Shown here: in pieces, positions 41,063 to 53,365 of the stretch
How positions within the stretch are numbered: position 1 is the stretch's first letter
Layout of the letters: every line of letters begins with the position of its first letter
Origin: Paragordius varius
Taxonomy: Eukaryota > Animalia > Nematomorpha
Assembly (NCBI GenBank): GCA_964247055.1
Contig: OZ176055.1
Coordinates: 9,300,001 to 9,364,000 of the forward strand
Length of the DNA stretch: 64,000 nucleotides
Reading direction: 5' to 3'
Notes under the pieces: model-generated
Seen by the model: the letters and a program-made list of their open reading frames with translations, nothing else
Told to the model about the DNA's origin: nothing
Database searches by the model: none
Translations under genes and position numbers: made by a program

Positions 41063-41377
41063 ATGGTTTAAAAAATCATATGAGAATATTTTCTGAAAAT
41101 TTAATCGGCCTTTTTTTAAAAATTTGTTATTTATCACATTTTAACAAAGCAGATATATTGATTATAAATCATTTCCATAAATCCATTGATTTTCACAATG
41201 CCATTCTTATCGTGATCCAGGTTTTTTATCAATCTTATTTGTTTATAAAATATATTTGTCTAATTTTTTGATTTTATAAAGAGTTTTTACTATATTTATG
41301 TAGCATTCTTAAAGTTTAGCTTCCTTGTATTTATTACGATACCGGATCAATCTATCACACAACCATTCAAATAAATC
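41063..41377. promoter_or_regulatory. Putative bidirectional promoter between ICMT and Raf
   Basis: Only 315 bp separate the divergent start codons (41062 on -, 41378 on +). No TE remnant is recognisable in this interval. Confidence 0.55.
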
Positions 41378-43015
41378 ATGGAAAATCCCAATAAAGATTA
41401 TCATAGCAAAGATCAAAAACATTTATTTATAACCGTTTTTTTACCAAACAATCAAAAAACTGTATTACTTTTTAAACCGGGAAACACTTTGCGTGAAGCG
41501 CTTAAAAAACCGCTGGCTTTAAGAAATCTTACGCCTGAAAAATGTCTTGTATTCGATTCTTCCAAGTTTTTATCTTTGTTTTACATTTTTTAGTCAAGCA
41601 CTTTCATGGGACGATGACGTTAATTTATTCAAACATCGAGAATTAACGGTAAAAATTTTGGAAGAATTAAAAATATCAGCTCCCATAACACATAATTTGG
41701 TATGCCTAATTTTTGATTTGATATTTGGTTACCTTTAATATTAAAAATTAATTAATCCTGAAGAATAAAAACACACTAACATAGGATATATACAGATATC
41801 TTTATACAAATTTCCATATTTTTTTGAACTTTTACAATCATAAATTTAATTAGCCTTTAATTAAATCCAAATTAATTAACCTAATCAGTTTAGATTTTAA
41901 TCATTTTATTAATACGCTTATAAAAATTAAAGTTGTTGCATTTTTGCTAACTTTGCGTTTTAAAATATATTTTTGCAAGAGCTATTTGGTAATTTACGGC
42001 GAAACTTTGACAAAAGGATTTTTTTAATAATGCATACCTTTACAAATTTATTTTTAAAACCAATGATACAAATGACATATATAACATATTATTTAACCCC
42101 ACTTAAAATTTTTTTTATTCAATCATTATAAAAAGTAGTTTTTATTTTTACTGTATAATAGGCACGTAAAACATTTTTTACCATCTCGTTCTGCGAAGTG
42201 TGCCATAAAATGTTGTTCCATGGATTCAGATGCCTGACGTGTGGATTTAAATTCCATCAAAAGTGTGGGATCTCTATTCCTCCCTTTTGTGAACCCATTT
42301 ACTTTGATGTTGAATTTTACAAAAGGTTTTAAACTTATTACTGAAATCAAGAGGTGGGTGTCCAACACAGATGCTAATTTTAGTTTTTCATTTATTTTCA
42401 AGCTCAAGATTATATATCTTCTAAATAATCGTAAATTTTTGACTGAAATCTAATTGCTTATTTGTAACATTTTTAAAAGCACTTTTGCGTATTGAACAAA
42501 GCGTGTTGAATACCCCTGATTTAAATACAGAATGTACATTTTAACGGTTGCTTATTTCACAAAACTATAGGTGGGCAATTTGCAACACAGTAGTGTATGG
42601 AAAAAAACAAAAAATGTTGAATAAACCATTATTTCCTTTCTTTTTTCCCTACACTACTGTGTTGCGAATTGCCAAAATATAGTGCGAAATAAGCAACTAT
42701 TAAAATGCATGATATACCATTTAAAGTCCAAATTCACCCTTGAACAATTCAAATTTACCCTAAAATAAATGTTAATTGCAATTAAAAATTACTTTTTTTT
42801 ATGTATTTAAAAATCAAATTTTGTTTAAAATTAAAATTATAACTATGCCATAAGAATATATTTCATATTAATGATGAGTTATATTAGCTGCCCGAAAACA
42901 TATAATTTATTTTTAGGGTGAATTTAAATTGTTCAAAAGTGAATTATGAATTGTTCAAAGGTGAATTTGAATTGTTCAAAGGTGAATTCGAATTGTTCAA
43001 GGGTTAATTTGAATG

Positions 43016-43049
<34 letters not shown>

Positions 43050-43305
43050 CCGTAACTAGTGACCACACAAAATATTTTTTTTATCAAAAGCATAATAAAT
43101 TATAGCGACGACAAAACGTAACAATTAAAAGTTTATAATATTACTCTTTTGAATCCTTTCTTTTCCATTCATATGACAGGAATGATTTGTAAAATATATT
43201 AATTGGATAATTTACCAACTTGACAATCTACTATTTCATGTTTTTTTGAAACCTAAATTATGGTTTAGTTTTTAAATTTTACACTGTCTTCATAATTTCA
43301 ATTTT

Positions 43306-43356
<51 letters not shown>

Positions 43357-44083
43357 CACTTGTATATGAGGAATTAAATTTAAATTTTTTACTTATGATT
43401 TTTAATCCTTGAAATGATTTTAATATATTTAACTGATTGGATTTTTTATCTCTCAAAACATATTAAATGAATCAGAAAATTTTAATTTTGCTCCATTAAT
43501 TATAAAGCGCATTCAAATATTACTGTTTGACTACTGGATTTTTAAGCACATTTAAAAACCTAACATTTTTTCCTATCATATTTTAACAGATTATAAGGAC
43601 AAAACGTAAAAATATAAAGACAAATATTATTTTCTAGAAAACAACCATACTTTAAAATCTTGATTTATATAACTCATTGTTTTAAATGGCAAAGAGAGAT
43701 ATATATTACTAACACAATCAATTCTATATTTTACAATTGTGTAACTAAATAGCTTATATGCGAAAAAATAGCGTTTTGTTTTTTAGATAAAATAATTTGT
43801 CTTTATACATTTTACTCTTTTTTTCTTCTTATGATATATTTTTACAGATTTTTGTTAAAGCATTCCGACCTTATTACACACCATCCACTCTTTAATCAAT
43901 TGTTTAAGGCTACACCACCCTATTTAATCCCTCCAGCAGAAAATAATGAAACTATGCTTTCATCGGCTCTCATACTAGACGGATTGATAAGTTTTTTTTA
44001 GCATTATATTTATTTGAAAAAATAAATAAATTAGAAAGTAATATATATATATATATATACTGTTTTAAATTAGATTTTAAAAG

Positions 44084-44126
<43 letters not shown>

Positions 44127-47100
44127 TATAAAGTCTTAAATTAAATTCACCCTTAAACAATTCAAATTTACCCTTATGTGTTTTTTTAAAATTAATATTA
44201 CCTCTATATTTTGTTTTATTTTAAACAATGAAATTTTGTTTATAATTAATATAAATAATAAACTATGCCATAAGAATATATTTTATATTATTAATGATGA
44301 GTTATATTAACCCGAAAATACATAATTTATTTTTAGAGTTTTGAAATTTGAATTGTTCAAGGGTGAATTTAAATTTGGAGGGTGAATTTAACTGTAAATG
44401 TTATAACATATAAAGTCTTAAATTAAATTATCATACATTTATATTCTTAATATAGCGTAAAAATTAAAATTAAAAAAACAATACAGGAAAGCCTAAAGGC
44501 TAATATTTTTTTTAAAAAAAAATTTTTTTTTAAACCTAGACTCACTAATAAATTATTTTTTAGTTGCGAAATAGAAATATAAATGGTTATAATATATTAT
44601 ATAATTCTATTTATATGAGTTATTTTGAAAAATTGAATAATAAATATGGTTTATAAAAAATATCAATTTTTTAAATTTATTGTCTAAAAATTTTTTTTTA
44701 AGCACAAATTATAAACTAGAATAATACTAATAATTTATTTTTATAAAGTTAATTAAATCCTTTTAATTTTATAATTATTTGTTTTTATTTGCGATAATTA
44801 TAATTGTTGAAATGATACATATAAAATTGGGGGTATCCTTTAACCCCATGTAATTTCTAATTATATAAACTGAAAATTTAAAAGTCTAAAAATTGCATGA
44901 TTTTACTCAAAAAAATGATAATTTTTCACTTTTAAATTATTAACATTTATTATGACAAAGGTTATGAATTTAAACTTTTTGACTTATATATTTGCTATAT
45001 ACTAATTCCGTTTTATTTTTTGTCATAAAAAAATGAATGATATACAGAAAATAAAGCTCAAAATTTTGTAAACGAAAACATAAATGGTATTTTGGCGACT
45101 ACTCACTTGCCGAAAATGACTTTAGAAGGTATATTGAATTTTAAAACCATTATTTTTACAATTTAACCGATATTTGTAGTTAATGTACTTTGCAAAAACT
45201 AGTTTTTACTTAGTATCGAGATTGTAAGATATATCTTTTCAAGAGTGTCCTTGGACACTTTAAGTTGGTCCTTAAAATTTTTAAGATTTAATTCAACCAT
45301 ATTTTAGTGCATTTAGTATATTATTTTTGAACTTGATTTTCTATATTATATATTTATTCATTTAAAAATAAATTTTTTTATTGAAAAACCACTTTTTTGT
45401 TTCAAACTAATTTTTTATCCAAATCAATAAAATTATTATCTTTAAAATGTTTTCAATGAAAAAAATAATAAACCAGATAACTACTTTTATATTTTTTAAT
45501 CTCGTGTTAAGATCTTCTAAATATCCAAAATAATGTTATGAAATTAATAATATACGGTTTCTTTTAAAAGTTGATATGATTTAAAATCTATGTTAAATAA
45601 TAGAAAATGGGTTAAAATCGATAAAATAGATGAATTATTTACAATTTGATTGATATAAGTTCAAAACAAAAAAGTCAAAGGACCAACAGCGTTTAAGGAC
45701 ACTCTTGAAGTGCAAATGGTATAATTATACTCTTTACTTCGGTTTGTTTTATACGCATGATTAATATATTGTTATTAAAGCTATATATATATTGGATCAA
45801 GAATATGTTCCTAAAGGTTTCCAAAATATATTCATAAACTCTGGATATTGTGTTCAAAAATTTTTTTTACATTGTTAGCCAATATTTATTATTAGCTAAA
45901 ATTTGCGATAAAAAACAAGTGAAATAGCAATATATATATTTGAAATTATGACTAAAAGAAGACCTTCTAAATGACGGGACTTATGTCATTTTTAGTATTT
46001 TTCAATTGACTTGTTTTTTTGGCCTATATATTTTTTTTTCTATATTACTTGCTATAAAATAATTTAACTTTTCTGTTAAAAAACACATATTACATCTTTT
46101 TAACGTTTTTTAACATAGAATTAATATAAAATCTGAAATATGAAAAAAATTCCCCAAAAATACCTTCGGGGAATCCATGTTAAATATTTCATTTTTTTAA
46201 TTTTCTTTACTTTAATTTTTCTTTATGTTTTTAGGTTCCCAACGAGAAAGATCCACCTCAGCACCTAATATGGCTGTGAATGGAATTGCCAATATCTTTG
46301 ATTTTGATCATCAACCAACTTTTTCAGCCAAAAAAATTAATAACGTTAAAAATGATGTATATATATATATATATGCCATTCTTAATTTTTTTAAAAGTTT
46401 TATAATGGTAAACGCTATTATAAATAAAAAGTTTTATATTTGTGAAAACTTTTTTTTCATAAACATATATTTTAGTTACACAATTATCCATACATGTTTG
46501 ATTTTTCGAGCTATGCAACAAATCAATACATACCGTTTAGCGAATTCCTTCGGAAATCTAGTAAAAAAAATTTATATATGAGTAATTAAAAATTAAAATT
46601 TTGGATATTTTTATTGTATATTTTTAATAAATTCATATATATAATATATTACAGGATTATTTGGATATATTTAAATATCAACATATTAATTAAAGTTTAT
46701 TATCTTTAAAATACTTTGTTTTGGGATAATTTTATTACACTGTTTTTTAATTTTCCCAAATTTAAATACTTTTTCATAATTAAAATATATTTTTTTAATT
46801 AATTTAATTTAGGAGGGCCAACCATCGATACGAACACCCCTGAAAACGAAAATTATCCTGAAACTTTAGATCCTAACCATCATCCAGTAAACATTAATTT
46901 ATATATATATTATTTTAAAATTTTCCAACTTTTTTTTTGAATGTGTTATGTTGTATTCAGCGTTATATTTTATCAGTTTAAATTTTTTAAAATAAATATT
47001 GTTTTTAGATTAAATGAAAAAAAATGCATAAATGATAATTTTTCCACAAAAATAGTAAAATTCAAACCTTTAATTAATTTTTTTCTATTTTTTATTAACA

Positions 47101-50100
47101 TTTTCTTAGCATCAAAAAAAAGTAAAAAATAAAATTATAAACTGACAAAACGTAAAACATAAAAGATTTATTTTCCTGAAAAGACAACCATATTTTTTTG
47201 CTAATTATCCTATCGTTTTGATTGAAATGAGGAACAGAGATAATTGATAACATACTAAATAATGTAACTTTTATAAAATTAATAGCTAAATAAAAAAAAT
47301 CATGAATCAAAAAATATTGCATTCCCTATAAAAAATAATATACCATTTACAGTTCAAATTCACCCTTGAACAATTCAAATTCATTCACCCTAAAAATAAA
47401 TTATGTGTTCGAGCTAATATTCATTATAAATATGAAATATATCTTTATGGTATAGAATATTATTTGTTCAAAATTATATTAATTTAAAACAAAATTTTTA
47501 TCTTTTAAAGATATATGGAAAACATATATTTTATTTAAGGGTCAATTTGAATTGTTCAAAGGTGAATTTGAATCATAAATGGTATAGATTAATTTATATA
47601 CTTTCTATTTTTGATTGTAAATCATACATAATGCATTTTTTTATTTTTTTCAACAGACGATGGCACGACTACATCAAAATGATAATTTATCCGTTAGACC
47701 GCGGGCCAAATCTGCCGATAACTCCAATGCTGTATATTTTTATTTTTTATTAATTGATAATTTAGTAAAAAATATTTATATGCACTAAAAATTAATATAT
47801 ATGTCATTTAAAACTGGTTAAATGGGTATTTTCTTTGCTTTTCGTGTTTAAATTTATTAAACAATAAAATATAGTCCTAATAAATTGTTAAAACAAATCG
47901 ATAAAGAATGAAAGAAAGTTTGATTAAAGCATAAGCAAATTATAATTTTTAATTGATAATAATTATCTGATAAAAATAAAATATCCGGCTAACAAAAAAA
48001 TTGGTTAATAGAGATTTAGTTGTAAGTTTAAATTAAATTTAAATCTAGTAAAACTAAAATATATTGTTAGTAATATCTTTTTTAGTTAGTTTTTTAGTGA
48101 TTAGTTTATATATTAGATTGATTTGTTAGTTTGTTCGCATCGAGTTTTATAAATTATCATAACTTCTTTATACACCAAAATATATCCCAATTCTGATTAA
48201 TACATAAATTAAACCCAAATTTTTGCCTAATATAATGTTTAAAAGAACAAAATAATGGTTAGTGTATGAGCAAATTCGTGAGTTTTTTTCGCTTTTTCTT
48301 GCTTGAATTGAATATTTTTTTTTGTTATTTCACCAATATTTGACTCAATTTCGAATACACCAAAAACTTAAAAAATCAATTTGGGTAATGTTCAAGCCAA
48401 CTTTTTAAGTTTTTTTTAAGATATCTAAAATTTTCCAAAATTATTTTTCCAAACTTAACCAATATTCATTTAATTTTATACATAAGTGATTTTAATATTC
48501 TTTTTTTCAGACACTTATACGAAACATTGTTCCAACGCAGCAACCCCTAACCCCAGTCATTATAAAAAATAGTAGTGGTGGGAATAATAATGCCAACAAT
48601 AAAACCGATTTAAATGACAATATTGATAACATCCGAGAATCCGGTTTTATTGAATGGGAAATTAACCCGAATGATCTTATGATTGGCCCTAAAATTGGAA
48701 CCGGTTCCTTCGGTACTGTATATCGTGGTAAATGGCATGGTATGTGATTTAAAAAATTTGCGCAGTTTTTTTTAAATTAAACTTTTTAATTTCAGAGGTT
48801 AATTTATCAAAGAATACATAGAAATTTTTTTAAAAAAATGTGAATTTTTTTTAAAAAACACTTGTTATCAATATTTTAAGTGTTAATTGGGTATTTTCCT
48901 TCAAAATGTATGGCAAAGCATACATAGTACTTGATAGATGTGTGACACAAAACAACATTACATGTATTATTTTCTTTGGTGGCAACATCTAAAAACTATT
49001 ATTAAAAATTTATATGATGGTTGAATGAAAACAAAATGTATATACCACTTACAGTTCAAATTCACCACCCTTGAACAATTCAAATTCACTCTAAAAAATT
49101 ATGTGTTTTCAAACTAATATAACTCATTATTAATATGAAATATATCTTTATGACATAGTTTATTATTTTTCAGTATTATTTTAATTTCAAAACAAAATTT
49201 TTATTTTTTGATAATACATATAAAAATATAGGTAATTTTTAATCTTAAAAGCATATATTTGAGGTTAATTTGAATTGCTTAAGGGTAAAATTGTTTAAAA
49301 GTTTTGAATTGTAAGTGGCATATTAAATTTAATTTCTATATTCTAAATAAGTTTTCATATGAAAAATTTACTAACTTATTTTATTATTAAGGCAAAACTA
49401 AAGGTGATGTAACATTCTTAATAATTATTATAATATAGGACCGGTAGCTATCAAGCAATTAAATATAAGTTATCCCTCCTTTGATCGTATCAATGCATTC
49501 AAAAATGAAGTAGCCGTCCTTCGGTAATTTATTACTTATATTCATTTTTATGTTTGAGTTAAGCCTTATTATTGACAAATTAGCGTTTGTCCCATGATTT
49601 TTAAAATGAAAAAATGTTAAAGATTTTAACCTGTTTATATAAATTATTGGATTTTTTTGTAAAAAGGTTAATTTTTATGTCCTTGGTTATTTAAGTTTTA
49701 TTCTTAAACTAATCGATTAAGTATAAAGTTGTCTTTTAATTTACAGGCAATTGAACTTTATAAAATTTAAATAAAATATTTTATTTTAAATCATAACTAT
49801 TATCATTTGTATGCATAAGATGTCAAAAAAAATATAAAAATTATCCCACAACACTCGATTACAGCGTAAATGAAAACTGTTATTTGGTTTAATATAAACG
49901 TGTAAATATGATTTTTACTGGGAGAAAAAAACTGTTTCGTTACTTTTTATTATGCCTAATAAAAGGAATTTCAATATATTTTTGTTTTCCATATTTTTTT
50001 TATCTTTTAATAGCAAAACGCGACATGTTAACATTTTGCTGTTTATGGGTTGTGTAGTTGATCCCTTGTATTCCAATTCCCTGGCTATAGTAACACAATG

Positions 50101-52499
50101 GTGTGATGGTGCCACACTGTATAAACGATTGCACATTGATGAAATTGTCTATACCCCAGTTCAAATTGTCGATATTGCTCGTCAAATATCTCAAGGACTT
50201 GATTACTTACATGCCAAATCTATTATACATAGGTTGACATTTTTATTAAAACGATCCGATTGTAGACTTTGATGTTATAAGTACTTACAGTCATGTATGT
50301 TTAGAATTGTCAAAAATACGTTTTTAATCGATTTTACTTTGTTTTTGATTGTTATGATGTTTGATATGTCAACTTTTAACTCGCGCATTTTTAAGCCTTA
50401 GAATAATAATAGCCTATTTATTGTAAACAATAAAAAACAAAGTAAAATCAATTAAAAACGTATGTTTGACAATTACAAACATACATGACTGTATTTAGGT
50501 ATTAGCAAAGGGTTCAGTAACCTAGAATTCAAAATTAGATATACTACATAAATAATGAATTAAGCAATTTTTTTCTGATTGAAAATGTTCTAAATATCTA
50601 CTATTTTTACTTATTAGAGCTGCATTCATAGTAACCTAGAATCTAAAATTAAAATAATATAGTTCATTTAAAGCTAATATTTTTAAATATTTAGATTATG
50701 ATGATTATCAATCCATATTTTGATATAAGTACCTTTTAAGTTATTCGTTAAAAATTATACGCACTTTCCTACAAATACTAAATGGTTTAAAGGCATTATT
50801 TTAACCAAAAAAATATTAGTAATTAATTTTTTGATTTTTATTATAATATCTTTAAAATAATATCATATTATATGTTAGTGTATATGATTAAAATATTCAA
50901 ATTTTTCAACAAAATGACAATTTATATATTTAACAAAACTATATGTGGATAATTAGCCATGCGTTTTTAAACAATTGGAGGAGTTCTTATAGAAAAAACC
51001 TAAAAGAGTTTACAGAATATGCATTGTTTTAATTAGTAATAAAAAAGGTCATATGTTAAATTAGTTTTTAACCATTTTTGACAAAAAAGATAAATCCTTA
51101 TTTTTGATATTTTTGTTAGAGATCTCAAATCAAACAACATATTTCTCCTCGATGATCTGACCATAAAAATTGGTGATTTTGGACTTGCAGCAATCAAGTC
51201 TACATTGAGTGACTTGGAAAGTGATAAACAACCTACTGGATCCATTTTATGGATGGTTTTTATTTTTTTTAACAATAATTTTTACAATCTCATTTGCCAA
51301 ATTTTAGTGTTTAAACACAGTGATTGTAAAATCAAAGTAATTTTATAAACAAAATATACACTCTTTGAGTTAATTTATATCAATATAATTATATTTTACT
51401 ATGTAATCAAGGTTGAAAATAGATGTTATATAGAAATATGGAAATTTATTTAATTTTATGGTATTCTTCAATACGAAAGTTTATGTATATTTTGTAAACG
51501 CAACGTTTTCCAATTATGATCTTTTTAAATGTCAAATAAATACATTTAAATATTTCCATGTTTTAGTCCCCAGAAATTATTAGGATTGGTTGGATGAAAC
51601 TTAAAAACAATCATCATCAAAACTCTACTGCCAAAGCGACATCACCCAATAATACAAAATACAATAATGATGCTATGCCAAAAAATAGTACCGGGGATAC
51701 TAATATAGCACATACGAATAATTCTCAGTTATCACCTAATGGAAATAATTTGTCTCCATACACTTTTGCAAGTGACGTTTATGCCTTTGGTATAGTTTTA
51801 TTTGAATTGTGTACAAACACTCTACCCTACGTTTCCAACAATTATAACGGCGGCAATCACATGGCTAAGAAGGGGGCTGGGCCAGGAGGAGATTCTTTTA
51901 CGCATGATACGGCCAAAGATGTCCTCCTTTATCGTATAGGTAAGGGTTATTTGAGACCAAATATAACTCAAGCACTCTTAACGGGCGTAACTGCTAGACA
52001 TTTCCGTCGAAAGGATATCCCTAAATCATTTAAACGCTTAGCCGAGGAGTGTTATGCTTTTAATCCGGAGGATAGACCCTTGTTCCCTGAAGTATATATA
52101 TAAATGTATATATAGTTTTGTGGGTATTTATCAATAAGCTTGAAAACGTAATGCTTTTAACCAGTTACATTAGTTTATGTTGAGTATTATGCACGTTTTT
52201 CGATTTTAAAGTCCTAGTTATTAAGTTATTATAAATATAAAAAGTAATTTTAATTACAGCTTAATTTATGGGAGTTAATAATACACCATGTATATCATTA
52301 TAATAGGTTAAATGATTGGCATGATACGTTTAAGATTTTATATTTTTATTGTTTTATAATGTTATTTGGTATTTCGTAGATTTTGGCTTCACTGGAATTT
52401 TTATCCAGGCAACTACCGCGCATCCACAAAAGTATCTCAGAACCGAGCATTAGTGTTGATTTATCATCCATTAATGTCAATGATTTCGATTACACATAA
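41378..52499 (+). CDS. RAF: Raf serine/threonine kinase (RBD, C1 domain, CR2 14-3-3 site, kinase domain), ~731 aa
   Basis: Exons 41378-41565, 41594-41699, 42162-42325, 43848-43990, 46235-46356, 46476-46560, 46813-46886, 48511-48739, 49439-49523, 50014-50232, 51120-51255, 51567-52091, 52380-52499 (total 2196 nt). RBD: [14 protein letters not shown]1: [21 protein letters not shown]2: RERSTSAPN. Kinase: [29 protein letters not shown]; C-terminal KSISEP. Linker exons 4, 6 and 7 were chosen on phase only. Confidence 0.95.
43311..43352. repeat. (TA)n microsatellite
   Basis: Direct reading. Similar tracts at about 1027-1048, 43017-43047, 44085-44130, 59591-59614 and 63703-63750. Confidence 0.9.
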
Positions 52500-52699
52500 T
52501 TTTGATCAGAAAACATACAATATTTGTTTAACTTATATTTAATAAATGTCTATATATTTGCACATTTTGTTACTAATATAACAAAAGCCGAAAACTAGCG
52601 TTTTATATATATCAATCAGTCATTTTGACTCCTGAAAAAATATATTTGGGTCGCGCCTGCCTTTCTTATTCCATCAGAAGAAAAAAACTGTTGAAAGTC

Positions 52700-53365
52700 A
52701 TCGTTTGCTGATAGAAACATATAGTGAATATGCTGCATCGATTACAACCACATGGTTTATAATAACAAAAGTTAGGATTTCATGGGAAAGTCTGTGGGCT
52801 GGCAGACAGCGCAACTGCCTAGACAACGTAAGAGTTATTGGATGATGGCCAATTTAAACTCAATTAACGAGCAATAGGTAACACTAATAAACTGGAAAAT
52901 AAGTCACGCAATTTCAACATCATATCGAAAATCGCGTACTTATGTATCCTGCTTTCTCGTCATGAAAGAAAATTATTTTTACGTCGAATTGTGACGGGTG
53001 ATGAGCAGTAGCAATATTTGTAAATCCAAAGCGGGAAAATCTTGGCTTTCATTATACCAAGGTTCATCAAAACCAAAGCAAAATCGCCTAGATAAGAGGA
53101 CCATCATCTCTGTCTATGACCATATCGATAATCGGTATGAAGAAGTTTAGATGTCCAATGAAAACGTGAATACAGCGCAATCAACAAATGATTATATTAA
53201 CATTTATTATAAAGAAATGACCGGCATAAACCAGAAGACATGGCAAATTTTTGCTACATGACAATGTATTATCTTGGCTAAACCAGAGAAAACATTTAAT
53301 ATATCTTCGATAGGAAATTTTTTCGCATCCGCTTTATACGTCTGATGGCTCTCTAAATATTACCT
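52700..53365 (+). mobile_element. Decayed mariner (Mos1-like) transposase pseudogene
   Basis: Fragments HRLLIETYSE, ILLSRHERK, LRRIVTGDE, VNPKR, LLHDN and HPLYTSD match the Mos1-type DD34D transposase. Many stops and frameshifts. Confidence 0.75.

Noticed and set aside
41063-41137. Longer ICMT N-terminus from the ORF track
   Set aside because: It relies on a non-ATG start. The ATG at 41062 gives a length matching typical ICMT.
42126-42453. 93-aa minus ORF and 70-aa plus ORF
   Set aside because: They are antisense and off-frame shadows of the Raf C1-domain exon 42162-42325.
46357-46581. Extending Raf exon 5 through the 118-aa ORF
   Set aside because: The ORF runs through a (TA)n tract right after a GT. 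An 85-nt exon at 46476-46560 restores phase to exon 46813, although RNA evidence is still needed.
50000-51275. Minus-strand ORFs 50000-50194 and 51033-51275 (also 5194-5400, 6300-6512, 59414-59623)
   Set aside because: They are antisense to well-supported Raf, POLD1 or MCM6 exons and have no recognisable motifs.
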